NCBI GenBank assembly: GCA_036149055.1
Contig: JAYZQJ010000035.1
Coordinates: 1-23,521 of the forward strand
Origin: Myxococcota bacterium
Lineage (GTDB): Bacteria; Myxococcota_A; Polyangia; Polyangiales; Sandaracinaceae
DNA length: 23,521 nucleotides
Reading direction: 5' to 3'
Position numbers and translations under genes: made by a program. Position 1 is the stretch's first letter. Each line of letters opens with the position of its first letter. Positions 11,075 through 21,254 of the stretch are shown here, in pieces. The notes beneath the pieces were generated by a model that did no database searches, was not told where the DNA came from, and saw nothing but the letters and a program-made list of their open reading frames with translations.

Positions 11075-11107
11075 CTGGGTCGCGATCGACCGGGGGGAGC
11101 GGGTCGC

Positions 11108-12289
11108 TCAGGCCTTCTTGCGCTGCTTCGAGCGCGCGCGGCGGGCGCGGGCCTTGGCCTTGCTGAAGAAGCGGCGGTCCATCCACTCGGTGAGCGGCGC
11201 GGCGACGTAGATCGACGAGTAGGTGCCGATCAGGATGCCGATGAAGAGCGCGAAGCTGATGTCGCGGATGACCGAGGTGCCCCAGATGAAGAAGGCGCTG
11301 ACCGAGAGCAGGGTGGTGCCCGAGGTCATGATGGTGCGCGAGAGCATCTGCGACGTGCTGATGTTGATCACGTCGTAGAGGCTCTTGTCGCGGTAGCGCC
11401 CGAGGTTCTCCCGGATCCGGTCGTAGACGACGATGGTGTCGTTGATGGAGTAACCGACGATCGTCAGCAGCGCGGCGATGATCGTGAGGTTGAACTCCTT
11501 CTGCAGGAGCACGTAGATGCCCACCGTGATGAGCGCGTCGTGCGCCATGGCGATGACGCCGCCCGGCGCGAAGCGCAGGTCGAAGCGGAACGCCACGTAC
11601 ACCATGATGAAGGCGATCGCGTAGAGCAGGCTCTTGATCGCCGCGTCGCGGAGCTGGGCGCCGGCGCGGGGACCGACGCGCTCGATGCGGTCGGGGGTGT
11701 CGGGGCCGCGGTCGCCGAGGCGATCGCGCAGGCCCTCGAGCAGCTCGGTGGCCACGCCCGCGAGCTGGGCCTCGTAGGTGTGCGCCGAGGCGGTGCCGAA
11801 GCGCGCGACCCGGATGACCTGCACGCCCGCGTCGGCGATCGCCTGCGAGAGCACGGCCTCGTCCACGTCACCGGTCAGCTCGATGCGGACCTTGTCCCCG
11901 CCCTCGGGGATGCGGACCCGCCGGACCGAGGCGCCGTCGACCCCGCCGAGGGCGGTCTCGATGTTGGCGCGGATCTGGTCCTTCTGCTCCTCGCTGATCG
12001 CGCTGAACTCGCGCGTACGGATGATGTACGCGTTCTCCTGCTCGACGACGGCGACGACGTCGGCGCCCTCGTAGCCGAGCTCGGTCAGCGTGGTGCGCAG
12101 CTCGTTGCTCGAGACCGCGCCGCCGAAGGCGACCTGGATCTCGGTGCCGCCGAGGAAGTCGGTGCCGTAGTTCGGCCCCGGATAGAAGATGGCCGCGATG
12201 CTCGCCGCCACCAACGTGAAGCTGATCGCCATGTACACGCGCCGGTGGCGCATGAAGTCGATCAGAAGCCCTGGCTTGAAGAACTCCAT
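11108..12289 (-). CDS. secF: Protein translocase subunit SecF
   Basis: [68 protein letters not shown]. Confidence 0.98.
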   Translation of the reverse strand: MEFFKPGLLIDFMRHRRVYMAISFTLVAASIAAIFYPGPNYGTDFLGGTEIQVAFGGAVSSNELRTTLTELGYEGADVVAVVEQENAYIIRTREFSAISEEQKDQIRANIETALGGVDGASVRRVRIPEGGDKVRIELTGDVDEAVLSQAIADAGVQVIRVARFGTASAHTYEAQLAGVATELLEGLRDRLGDRGPDTPDRIERVGPRAGAQLRDAAIKSLLYAIAFIMVYVAFRFDLRFAPGGVIAMAHDALITVGIYVLLQKEFNLTIIAALLTIVGYSINDTIVVYDRIRENLGRYRDKSLYDVINISTSQMLSRTIMTSGTTLLSVSAFFIWGTSVIRDISFALFIGILIGTYSSIYVAAPLTEWMDRRFFSKAKARARRARSKQRKKA

Positions 12290-12293
12290 GCCC

Positions 12294-14189
12294 TCACCCG
12301 ACCCGCAGTCGCTGAATACGAAGGCCGCGAACCAACCAATCGAACATCACCTTCGAGCAGAACACGCCCGTGAAGAGCGAGGTGATGATGCCGATCATGA
12401 GGGTCTTCGCGAATCCCTGGATCTCGGGGCTGCCGTACTGGAAGAGCACGACGCCCGCGATGAACGTGGTCAGCTGACTGTCGAAGATGCTCCAGAAGGC
12501 GCGGCGGAAGCCCTGATCGACGGCGGCGCGAGCGCTCTTGCCCATGCGGAGCTCCTCGCGCATGCGTTCCGTGATCAGCACGTTGGCGTCCACCGCCATA
12601 CCTACCGTCAGCGCGATCCCCGCGATGCCCGGTAGGGTCAAGTCGTTGTTGAAGAAGGCCATGATGGAGAGCATGAAGACGAGGTTCAGCACCACCATCA
12701 CGTCCGCGACGACGCCGGCCACCTGGTAGTAGATGCCCATGAAGAGCAGCACCAGGCAGATGCCGATGAGCGCGCCCTCGGCGCCGCGGATGACCGAGTC
12801 GCGGCCGAGCGTCGGGCCGATGAGCTGCTCGTTCTGCGGGATGATCGGCGCGGGGAGCGCGCCGGCGCGCAGCACGATGACGAGGTCGTTCGCCTCGTTC
12901 AGCAGGCTGTTGTAGTCGCGGAAGCCACCGAGCGTGATCTGACCGCTCGCGCCGATGCGGCTCTGGATGGTGGGCGCGCTCGCGACCTCGTCGTCGAGCA
13001 CCACCGCCATGCGCCGCTTGACGTTGTTGCCGGTCATCTCCTGCATGAGCCGGGCGCCGTCGGGCTTCATCGAGAAGAGCACGAGCGGCTGCCCCGACTG
13101 CGGGTCGTTGCCGACGCGCGCGTCCTCGAGGTGCTCACCGCCGACCGGGTCGGAGCCGTTCGGGGGCTGCTCGTAGAGGAGGTAGGTGCGCCAGGCGTCC
13201 GGCTCCTCGTCGGGCTGCAGCTCCTCGTCGGTGCTCGCGCGACCGAGCGCGAGGGAGCGGCCCTCCGGGACCTGCCCCTCGACCGACTGCACGAAGCCGC
13301 GGAGCCGGGTCTTGGCCGTGCACTGGCCGTCGGCCGCGTCGGCCTCGACGCCCTCCGGGCAATCGCCCGAGCCCTCGGCGAAGAGGTAGTAGCTCGTGAC
13401 CGCCGGGCGGCTCTCGCCCGCGCTGACGCCCTCGCTGAGGAGCGTGACGCCCTCGGGGAGCTGCGCCTGCATCTCGGTGAGCCAGGTGTTGCCGTCGTCG
13501 ACGATCTTGAACTCGAGGCGCGCCGTCTGGCCGATGATCTCGCGGATGCGGTCGAACTGCGTCTCGTCGGCGCCGGGGACCTCGACGATGATGTCGATGT
13601 CGCGGGCGCGGACGTTCGCCTCGCTGATGCCCAGCTCGGCGATGCGGTTCTTGATCGTCTCCTGCGCCTGGTTGACCGCGACCTCGCGGAGGTCGTCGAT
13701 GCTCTCCTCCTGCAGGACGAGGCTGACGTTGTCGGCGCCGCGGCTGTCCTCTCGGAGGTCGCCGAAGCTCGTGACCAGGTCGCGGTCGAGCTGCGCCATG
13801 TCGTCGGCGTCCTCGAAGGTCAGCCGGATCAGGCGCGAGTCCGCGCTGCCGATCTGGGCGTTGACCCGGGCGCGGATCTGCGAGAGCTGCTCCTCGTCGG
13901 GGGCCTCGCCCTCCTCGACGATGTCGAGCTTCTCACCGAGCCGACGGAGCAGCTGCTGGGCGCGCGCCCGCTGCCGGTCCTCGACCGCCGCCTCCATGTC
14001 GACCGTGTACATCAGGCGGAGACCGCCTTGGATGTCGAGGCCCGGCGTGATGCGGTGATCGACGTTCTCGAGCACCCAATCGGGCGCCGAGACCCAGTCG
14101 TTGTGATGCAGCGTCGGCCACATCACGAACCAGGATCCGACCAGCGCGACCAGCACGAGGCCGAATCGGAAGTACCAACCCCTGTCCAT
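12294..14189 (-). CDS. secD: Protein translocase subunit SecD
   Basis: GLDIQGG, IIVEVPG, TARLEF, AVVLDDEVASAP, LRAGALPAP, IGPTLG, LTLPGIAGIALTVGMAVDANVLITERMREE, IFDSQLTT, GFAKTL. Confidence 0.98.
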   Translation of the reverse strand: MDRGWYFRFGLVLVALVGSWFVMWPTLHHNDWVSAPDWVLENVDHRITPGLDIQGGLRLMYTVDMEAAVEDRQRARAQQLLRRLGEKLDIVEEGEAPDEEQLSQIRARVNAQIGSADSRLIRLTFEDADDMAQLDRDLVTSFGDLREDSRGADNVSLVLQEESIDDLREVAVNQAQETIKNRIAELGISEANVRARDIDIIVEVPGADETQFDRIREIIGQTARLEFKIVDDGNTWLTEMQAQLPEGVTLLSEGVSAGESRPAVTSYYLFAEGSGDCPEGVEADAADGQCTAKTRLRGFVQSVEGQVPEGRSLALGRASTDEELQPDEEPDAWRTYLLYEQPPNGSDPVGGEHLEDARVGNDPQSGQPLVLFSMKPDGARLMQEMTGNNVKRRMAVVLDDEVASAPTIQSRIGASGQITLGGFRDYNSLLNEANDLVIVLRAGALPAPIIPQNEQLIGPTLGRDSVIRGAEGALIGICLVLLFMGIYYQVAGVVADVMVVLNLVFMLSIMAFFNNDLTLPGIAGIALTVGMAVDANVLITERMREELRMGKSARAAVDQGFRRAFWSIFDSQLTTFIAGVVLFQYGSPEIQGFAKTLMIGIITSLFTGVFCSKVMFDWLVRGLRIQRLRVG

Positions 14190-14192
14190 GAT

Positions 14193-14639
14193 TCAGTCCC
14201 GGGCCTCTTCTTTGGACCCGTCCTTGTCGTCTTTGGCCTTGCCGCCGCCGGCCGCATCGGCCTTCCTCGACGACTCCACCGTCTGGATGTTGGAGCGCAG
14301 AACGTTGACCCGCGTCTTGTCGGCGATCTGCAGGATCACGTGATCGTCGGCCACCGTGACGACGGTCCCGAGGATGCCGCCCGTGGTGCGCACCTCGGTG
14401 CCCTTCGTGATCGCGGCCAGCATCTCCTCGTGCTCCTTCCGCCGCTTCTGCTCGGGGCGGATCAGGAAGAAGTAGAAGAAGACCATCACCAGGGCGAAGA
14501 GGCCCGCGTTCATCGCGCAGGCGTTGCCACCGAGGCCGCCCGCGGCGCCCGCGCCGCCGCCACCGCCACCACCCCCTCCTCCACCGGAGGAGGCGGCGGG
14601 CTGCAGCCACCAGAGAAACTCGAGAATCGTCAGGAGCAC
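14193..14639 (-). CDS. yajC: Preprotein translocase subunit YajC with an N-terminal poly-Gly extension
   Basis: FYFFLIRPEQKRRKEH...KGTEVRTTGGILGTV motif; upstream of secD. GTG start with GAAGGA about 10 nt upstream. Confidence 0.93.
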   Translation of the reverse strand: MLLTILEFLWWLQPAASSGGGGGGGGGGGAGAAGGLGGNACAMNAGLFALVMVFFYFFLIRPEQKRRKEHEEMLAAITKGTEVRTTGGILGTVVTVADDHVILQIADKTRVNVLRSNIQTVESSRKADAAGGGKAKDDKDGSKEEARD

Positions 14640-14770
14640 TTGGAACGCTTCCTTCGGCGACGTTCGCGCCGAGCCTGCGGCCGTCGGGCGGCTCGCTCTA
14701 CCCCCGAGAGAGGCGCGTCATTCCCACGCGCGAGGCCCCGACCGAGACGGCCGGGCCCCAGGGCCGCGGG

Positions 14771-14799
14771 GTTGTACTCTACGGGTCTGGACCCGTCAA
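14771..14799 (-). promoter_or_regulatory. Sigma70-type promoter of yajC-secDF overlapped by a perfect inverted repeat
   Basis: Minus strand TTGACG-N17-TACAAC. ACGGGTC-tg-GACCCGT (14781-14796) covers the spacer and part of the -35. Confidence 0.65.
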
Positions 14800-14910
14800 C
14801 CGAGCCCCGAACACGGGGTCGCCCCACCCCGCCCGCCTCCGCGCCTCGGGAGATTTCCGAAACAATTCTAGCCTCCTGGCCGGGCGCGCGGCGCCTATCC
14901 TGGCACGACC

Positions 14911-17820
14911 ATGGCCCTCACCGATGAAGCCCAGGCCGCCCTGGCCCTCTACGCCGAGCGAGGCGGAGACGCGGGCGACCCCGCCGAGGCGGACGCGGTG
15001 GCGAAGCTCGCCGACCACGCCCCCTCGCTCCTCGGGCTCGTCCGGAGCGATCCCTCCATCATCCCGGACGTGCTCGCCCGCCCCATCGAGCACCCGAGCG
15101 ATCGAGACACCCTGCGCGCGGCCCTGGCCCGGCGCCTCGAGGGAGAGGACGGCGACTCGCCCTCGGCCCGCAGCGCGCTGCGTCGCTTCCGGCACCGGGC
15201 GATCGTGCGCATCGCCCTCCGGGAGATCCTCCGGGTCGCCGACGTCGAGCACACCAGCGCGGAGATGGCCTGGCTCGCGGCGGTGGTCATCGACGCGGCC
15301 CTCGACCACGCGACCCGCACCGAGACCGAGCGCCACGGCCGGGCCCTGACCGAAGGCCGGGTGGTCCCGCTGACGGTGCTCGGCATGGGCAAGCTGGGCG
15401 GGCTCGAGCTCAACCTCGGGAGCGACGTCGATCTCTGCTTCTTCTACGAGACCGACGACGCCGAGGTCGAGGGCGGCGAGCTGACGGTCAACGAGCTCTA
15501 CGCGCGGATCGCCCGCCGGTGCAGCGAGATGATCTCGGAGGTCACCGAGGACGGCTTCTGCTTCCGGGTCGACCTGCGGCTGCGCCCCGAGGGCTCGCGG
15601 GGGCCGCTGGTGAACTCGCTGGCGAGCGCCGAGCGCTACTACGAGTCCTGGGGCCGCACCTGGGAGCGGGCGGCGCTGCTCCGCGCCCGGGCGATCGCCG
15701 GGGACGAGGCGTTCGGCGCGGTGCTGCTCGAGACCCTGCGGCCCTTCGTGTTCCGGCGCGCGGTGGATCCGAGCCTCGCCGAGGCCATGCACGAGATGCT
15801 CCTCCGGTCCCGGCGCGAGCTGCGGGTCGACGAGGAGCGGGACGTGAAGCTCGGCCGCGGCGGCATCCGGGAGGCGGAGTTCTTCGTGCAGACGCTCCAG
15901 CTGGTGTGGGGCGGTCGACACCCGGAGCTGCAGGTCGCCGGCACGCTCGAGGCGCTCTGGCGGCTGCGCGGGGCGGGGCTGGTCAGCGATCGCGAGGCCG
16001 AGACCCTCGCCGACGGATGGGCGCTGCTGCGGCGCGTGGAGCACCGGGTGCACGTGTGGACCGGCTATCAGACCCACCGCGTCCCCGACGAGCCGCGCTT
16101 CGCCGAGAGCCTCGGCTACCCGGATCAGGCGAGCCTGGAGGCGGCGCTCGGCCGGGTGCGCGAGGGCATCGCCGGCCTCTTCTCCACCCTGCTGCCCGGC
16201 GAGGCGCCGCCCGATCGCGACTGGGACGCGATCGGCGATCTGGTGGCGGACGGCGCCGAGATCGACGTCATCGCCGAGGCGCTCGCGCAGCGCCTCCCGG
16301 TGCGGGACCCCCACGACGCCGCCGCGAACCTCGCCCGCCTCGGCCGGCGCGCCGACGGTCCGCTCGGGCCGGTCACCTGGCAGCGGCTGCCCCAGCTCGG
16401 CCGGGCGCTGCTCGACGAGGTGGCGCACGTCGGGGATCCGGACACCGCCCTCCTCCTGCTCGCCGACTTCTGGGGGCGCATCGGAGGCACCGGCTCGTAC
16501 GGGCGGCTCTTCGTGGAGGAGCCGCGGCTCACCCGCCGGCTCGTGGGGCTGCTCGGCGCGAGCGGCACCCTCTCGAGCGCCCTGGTCGGCCACCCCGAGG
16601 ACGTCGACCTGCTGCTCGTGAGCGGCGCGCCCCGCGTGGAGGAGCTGACCGCGCCCCACGACGCGCTGCTCGCCGATCTCGAGCCCGACCCGGATCCCGA
16701 GGAGGTCGTGCGCGAGCTGCGCCGCCTCAAGCGCACCGGGACGCTCCGCACGGGCCTGGCCTACGTCGCCGGCGAGCTGGACCTCGAGGGGGCGACGGCG
16801 CGGCTGTCGGCGCTGGCCGAGGGGCAGGTGCGCGTGTCGCTGGAGGCGGCGCGGCGATGGGCGGAGCGACGCTGGGGGCGCGCGACGTCGGGCGGCCTGA
16901 TCGTCTGCGCGATGGGCAAGCTCGGCGGGCGGGAGCTCGGCTTCGGCGGAGACCTGGACCTCGTCTTCCTCTTCGGCGAGGAGGGCGAGACGGAGCCCAC
17001 CGCGAGCGGCCGCTCGGTGACGCACGGCGAGCTGTTCGCGCGCATGGCGCAGCGCACGATGCAGCTGCTCCGTCAGCGCGACGCGGAGGGCCCGGGCTAC
17101 GAGACCGACACCCGGCTCCGCCCGAGCGGGAGCAAGGGGACGCTGGTGGTCTCGCTCGCCGGCTTCGACGCCTATCACGAGCGCGGCGCCGCCGACTGGG
17201 AGCGGCAGGCGCTCGTCCGGGCGCGCCCGCTCGCCGGCGATCCCGAGGTGGCCGCCGCCGCGAAGGCGCGCTTCGAGACCCTCGCCTACGAGCGCGGGCC
17301 GACGCCGGGGGACGAGCTGGCCCGGGTGCGGGGGCGGCTGCAGACCGAGCTGGGAAGCGAGAGCGCCGAGCGATACCATCCGAAGCTCGGCTACGGGGGC
17401 CTCGTCGACGTGGAGCTATCGGTGCAATGGCTGCAGATGCGGCGCGGCGACGACCCGCGGGTGCGCACGCCCAACACGCCCGAGGCGATCGAGGGGCTGC
17501 GGGAGGCGGGCGCGCTGAGCGAGGTCGACGCGGACGCGCTCACCGAGGCCCACCGCTTCTTCCGGCGCGTGGAGCTGGCGCTGCGCCTCTTCGACGAGCA
17601 CCGCGAGCCGCTGCTCGAGCCGCGCGGCCGCACCGGATCGCACGTGGCGCGGAGCCTCGGCTTCCGGGCGCGCGACGGGCTCTCGCCCACCGAGGCGCTC
17701 GAGGCCACGTATCGACGGCACGCGGCGGCGGCGCGGCGGCTCTTCGAGCGCGAGGTGGGCGAGGTCGGCGCCCCGGCGCCCTGGGGTGGTCAGGCGAGCG
17801 CGGGTGAGGCGAGCGCGTGA
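14911..17820 (+). CDS. glnE: Bifunctional glutamine synthetase adenylyltransferase/adenylyl-removing enzyme
   Basis: 969 aa with two nucleotidyltransferase domains: GMGKLGGLELNLGSDVDL / RVDLRLRPEGSRGPL / WERAALLRAR / DVKLGRGGIREAEF, and AMGKLGGRELGFGGDLDL / DTRLRPSGSKGTL / WERQALVRAR / KLGYGGLVDVE. Confidence 0.97.
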   Translation: MALTDEAQAALALYAERGGDAGDPAEADAVAKLADHAPSLLGLVRSDPSIIPDVLARPIEHPSDRDTLRAALARRLEGEDGDSPSARSALRRFRHRAIVRIALREILRVADVEHTSAEMAWLAAVVIDAALDHATRTETERHGRALTEGRVVPLTVLGMGKLGGLELNLGSDVDLCFFYETDDAEVEGGELTVNELYARIARRCSEMISEVTEDGFCFRVDLRLRPEGSRGPLVNSLASAERYYESWGRTWERAALLRARAIAGDEAFGAVLLETLRPFVFRRAVDPSLAEAMHEMLLRSRRELRVDEERDVKLGRGGIREAEFFVQTLQLVWGGRHPELQVAGTLEALWRLRGAGLVSDREAETLADGWALLRRVEHRVHVWTGYQTHRVPDEPRFAESLGYPDQASLEAALGRVREGIAGLFSTLLPGEAPPDRDWDAIGDLVADGAEIDVIAEALAQRLPVRDPHDAAANLARLGRRADGPLGPVTWQRLPQLGRALLDEVAHVGDPDTALLLLADFWGRIGGTGSYGRLFVEEPRLTRRLVGLLGASGTLSSALVGHPEDVDLLLVSGAPRVEELTAPHDALLADLEPDPDPEEVVRELRRLKRTGTLRTGLAYVAGELDLEGATARLSALAEGQVRVSLEAARRWAERRWGRATSGGLIVCAMGKLGGRELGFGGDLDLVFLFGEEGETEPTASGRSVTHGELFARMAQRTMQLLRQRDAEGPGYETDTRLRPSGSKGTLVVSLAGFDAYHERGAADWERQALVRARPLAGDPEVAAAAKARFETLAYERGPTPGDELARVRGRLQTELGSESAERYHPKLGYGGLVDVELSVQWLQMRRGDDPRVRTPNTPEAIEGLREAGALSEVDADALTEAHRFFRRVELALRLFDEHREPLLEPRGRTGSHVARSLGFRARDGLSPTEALEATYRRHAAAARRLFEREVGEVGAPAPWGGQASAGEASA

Positions 17821-19739
17821 GCCGGGTCCTCGTCGTGCACGCCGACGCGGCGACCGCGGAGCGCGTCGCGGCCCGCCTGCGGGAGGACGGGCTGACCGCG
17901 CACGCGGTGACGAGCGGCGAGCGCGCGATGGACCTGTTCAACCAGGAGCCCGCCTACGTGTTGGTCAACGACTCCGCGCTCGGGGGGCGCGACGGGCTCT
18001 CCACCGCCGAGGCGATCCGCTGGATGCCCGGCGGCCGCCGCGGGCGGCTGATGCTGACCGCCGCGCGCGAGCCCGAGGACGCCTCGCTCGCCCGGCTCGG
18101 CGCGGACGTCGACGCGTTCGCGGCGCTGGTCGGGCCGACCGACGACGACCGGCTCGCCCGCGAGGTCGCCGCCGCCGCGGCGGTGGAGCCGCACACCGCG
18201 GAGACCCGCATCCTGGAGGTCGAGGAGGCGCTGCTCGAGGCCGAGCGCTCGCGCGAGCTCGCCCCCGACGAGGAGACGATCGAAGGCGACCTCGACACGC
18301 CGCGCGCCCTCGAGTTCCGCGACGAGACCTTCGACGAGCCCTCCCCCGCCGGCTGGGAGCTGGACGGGAGGCTCGAGGGGCGGGAGGTGCGCGCGCTCGC
18401 CGAGGAGGCCCGCGAGACGCACTCGGATCTCTTCGGGAGCTTCGACCAGATGCCCTTCGCCCGGGTGCTGCATCGGCTGGCGAGCAAGCGCGCGACCGGC
18501 GCGCTGATCTGCGTGCACCCGCCCGACGAGCGCGCGACCACCGAGGGCACCGAGCCGACCAAGGTCGTCTACTTCCGCGCGGGCGTCCCGGTGCACGTGC
18601 GCAGCAACCTGGTGACCGAGTGCCTCGGGCAGGTCCTCACCCGCAGCCGCCGCATCGGCCCCGAGGCGCTCCGCGCGTCGCTGTCGGCGGTGCGCCGCGG
18701 CGAGGGCAAGCAAGGCGAGGTGCTCGTCTCCATGGGCGCCATCGGCCCCCTCGAGCTGAGCGAGGGCCTCGCCGAGCAGCTGCGGATCAAGCTCTTCGAT
18801 CTGTTCGCCTGGCGGCGGGGCACCTTCCGCTATTCGGCCGAGCGGCGACCCCCGCGCGAGCTGGTGGATCTCGAGCTCGGGCTCGCGGAGATCGCGACCG
18901 TCGGGATCCGTCAGGGCCTCCCCAAAGGCGACGTCCTCGCGCAGCTGGAGGGTGAGCGGGCGCGCTACGTGATCCCGCGAGCCCGCGAGATGGTGCGCTT
19001 CGTCCAGCTGCGACTCGACGAGGGGCTTCGCGCGCTGATCCGGCGGATCGACGGTCGTCACACCCTCGGCGAGCTGCTCGACGAGGCGTCCGACCCGGGC
19101 GAGGCCGCGCAGCTCGTGCACGCGATGGAGTGCCTCGACGCGGTGCGCTTCGACGACGCGCCGCTGCGGCCGCGCTCGCGCCCTCCGGCGGCCCTGCCGA
19201 GCGTGCCCGACGAGGCGGTGCTCGCCGAGAGCGAGGAGGCGCCGTTCGAGGCGGACATCACCGACCCGACGATGGAGCCCGCGCCGATGCCGGACGAGGG
19301 ACCGGAGCCCGAGCCCGCGCCGGACCCGGAGGGATCGGGGACGCGGCGGTCGCCGAGCGCGTCTCCCGAGGCGCTGGACGACCGGGTGGCGCGGCTCTTC
19401 GAGGCCGAGCGGCACTTCCGCCGGGGCCAGCGAGCGCTCGACAAGGGCGACGCCGAGCGGGCGAGGGGCGCGTTCGAGCGCGCGGTGGCGCTCTGCGGCG
19501 ACGAGGGGCAGTTCGTCGGCTACCTCGGCTGGGCGCGGCACCTCGCCTCACCCGACGACCCCGCGGTGCTCGACGCGGCGCTCGTGAGCGCCGGAGAGGC
19601 CTGCGAGCTCGCGCCCGACATGGCGGACGTGCACCGCCTCCGGGGCCGCCTGCTCGAGGCGGCCGGGCGCCACGAGGAGGCCCGGGACGCGATGACGCGG
19701 GCGCGCTCGCTCGACGCCGAGGCGGCCCAGCGCGAGTGA
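17817..19739 (+). CDS. Atypical receiver domain + DUF4388-like domain + C-terminal TPR protein
   Basis: N-terminal REC-like RVLVVHAD...SGERAMD...VLVNDSALGGRDG. DUF4388-like GSFDQMPFARVL..ATGAL..KVVYFRAG..LGQVL..LFAWRRGTFRY. Pro/Glu linker, then TPR-like helices. GTGA overlap with the glnE stop. Confidence 0.85.
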   Translation: MSRVLVVHADAATAERVAARLREDGLTAHAVTSGERAMDLFNQEPAYVLVNDSALGGRDGLSTAEAIRWMPGGRRGRLMLTAAREPEDASLARLGADVDAFAALVGPTDDDRLAREVAAAAAVEPHTAETRILEVEEALLEAERSRELAPDEETIEGDLDTPRALEFRDETFDEPSPAGWELDGRLEGREVRALAEEARETHSDLFGSFDQMPFARVLHRLASKRATGALICVHPPDERATTEGTEPTKVVYFRAGVPVHVRSNLVTECLGQVLTRSRRIGPEALRASLSAVRRGEGKQGEVLVSMGAIGPLELSEGLAEQLRIKLFDLFAWRRGTFRYSAERRPPRELVDLELGLAEIATVGIRQGLPKGDVLAQLEGERARYVIPRAREMVRFVQLRLDEGLRALIRRIDGRHTLGELLDEASDPGEAAQLVHAMECLDAVRFDDAPLRPRSRPPAALPSVPDEAVLAESEEAPFEADITDPTMEPAPMPDEGPEPEPAPDPEGSGTRRSPSASPEALDDRVARLFEAERHFRRGQRALDKGDAERARGAFERAVALCGDEGQFVGYLGWARHLASPDDPAVLDAALVSAGEACELAPDMADVHRLRGRLLEAAGRHEEARDAMTRARSLDAEAAQRE

Positions 19740-19811
19740 CGCGGCGCGTCGAGGGCAGCCGGCGGAGTTGTGCTATGACCGCGTTCGCCGCTCGCGGCGT
19801 AGGAGGAGACG

Positions 19812-20729
19812 ATGGTCGACAAGGTCGAATCGATCTGGATGGACGGCGAGCTCATCCCCTGGGACGACGCCAACGTGCACGTGCTCACGCACACGCTGCA
19901 TTACGGGCTCGGCGCGTTCGAAGGCATCCGCTGCTACGAGACGGAAGACGGCCGCAGCGCCATCTTCCGGCTCAGGGAGCACGTCCGCCGGCTCTTCGAG
20001 TCCGCGCACATCGTGACGCTCGACATCCCGTACACGCAGGATCAGATCGTCGACGCGTGCCTCGAGACGGTCCGCGCGAGCGGCCTCAAGAGCTGCTATC
20101 TGCGCCCGCTCGTGTTCCTCGGCTCCGGCGCGATGGGCCTCGGCGCGATGACCAACGCCACCCGCGTCGCGATCGTGGTCTGGAAGTGGGGCGCGTACCT
20201 CGGCGACGAGGGCATCCAGAAGGGCATCCGCGCCCGCGTCAGCTCCTTCACCCGCCCCGGCATCAACATGCAGATGGCCAAGGGCAAGGTCGTCGGCCAC
20301 TACGTGAACTCCATCCTCGCCAAGCGCGAGGCGCTCAAGACCGGCTTCGACGAGGCCATCCTGCTCGACGCGCAGGGCTACGTCAGCGAGGCGAGCGGCG
20401 AGAACATCTTCATGGTGCGCGACGGCAAGATCGTCACGCCGCCCATGGGCAGCTCGATCCTCGGCGGGATCACCCGGGACACGATGCTCCGCATCGTGCG
20501 CGACATGGGCATCGAGGTCACCGAGCGGCTGATGGCTCGCGACGAGCTCTACATCGCCGACGAGATCTTCATGTGCGGCACCGCCGCCGAGGTGACCCCG
20601 GTCCGCGAGATCGACGGCCGCACCATCGGCAAGGGCGAGCGCGGCGAGCTCACCAAGCGCGTGCAGGATCGCTACTTCCAGGTCGTGCGCGGCGTCGAGG
20701 CGCCCGAGGAGTGGCTCACCTACCTGTGA
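19812..20729 (+). CDS. ilvE: Branched-chain amino acid aminotransferase
   Basis: IWMDGELIPW, LHYGLGAFEGIRCY, YLRP, AKGKVVGHYVNS, EASGENIF, ILGGITRDT, ADEIFMCGTAAEVTPVREID. AGGAGGAG RBS. Confidence 0.98.
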   Translation: MVDKVESIWMDGELIPWDDANVHVLTHTLHYGLGAFEGIRCYETEDGRSAIFRLREHVRRLFESAHIVTLDIPYTQDQIVDACLETVRASGLKSCYLRPLVFLGSGAMGLGAMTNATRVAIVVWKWGAYLGDEGIQKGIRARVSSFTRPGINMQMAKGKVVGHYVNSILAKREALKTGFDEAILLDAQGYVSEASGENIFMVRDGKIVTPPMGSSILGGITRDTMLRIVRDMGIEVTERLMARDELYIADEIFMCGTAAEVTPVREIDGRTIGKGERGELTKRVQDRYFQVVRGVEAPEEWLTYL

Positions 20730-20760
20730 GCGCTTCCGGGCGGCCAGCCCCGAACGAGAG

Positions 20761-20795
20761 AGGGCGAGCTCTTCGGAGCTCGCCCTTCTTCGTTC
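20761..20795 (+). terminator. Intrinsic terminator after ilvE
   Basis: AGGGCGAGCTC-TTCG-GAGCTCGCCCT, a perfect 11-bp stem with a cUUCGg tetraloop, followed by TCTTCGTT. Confidence 0.85.
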
Positions 20796-20883
20796 TGGCA
20801 GCCTGATTGTGGCGCCCGGTCGTTCTCCGAGCGAAGAACGAGGTAGCCGCACGCGCCCTCCTCGGGTCCATCCCGCGGCAGCG

Positions 20884-21254
20884 GGCGGCCAGCGAGCGCG
20901 CAGCGCGAGCCGCAGGCCCCCCAGCGCCCCGTCGCTGGGGTCGCGCGCGAGCGGAGCGACGCGCGCGAAGTGGGTGGGGCCCCGCGGAAGAGGCGCAGCG
21001 AGGTTTGCGGACGGCGAAGCCCGGAGGGACATCCCGGAGCGAACATCCCGGAGCGAACATCCCGGAGCGAGCATCGTCGTGCCGCCGCCGTGGGGGCGGC
21101 TGCGGACGGCGGCGGACCCGCCCCTACCCAGCAAGGACAGGCGGCCAGCGAGCGCGAAGCGCGAGCGCGAGCCGCAGGGCCCCCAGCGCCCCGTCGCTGG
21201 GGTCGCGCGCGAGCGGAGCGACGCGCGCGGAGTGGGTTGGGGGGGCCCCGCGGA
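20884..21254. repeat. Two direct copies (20884-20988 and 21140-21254) of a ~105-115-bp palindrome-containing repeat
   Basis: Both read ggcggccagcgagcgcgNagcgcgag..ccgcagg..cccccagcgccccgtcgctggggtcgcgcgcgagcggagcgacgcgcgcgNagtgggt..ggggccccgcgga. Internal stem ccccagcg/cgctgggg. Confidence 0.9.
21029..21070. repeat. 14-bp tandem repeat (ACATCCCGGAGCGA)x3
   Basis: Three perfect copies at 21029, 21043 and 21057, with partial copies on both sides. Confidence 0.95.
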
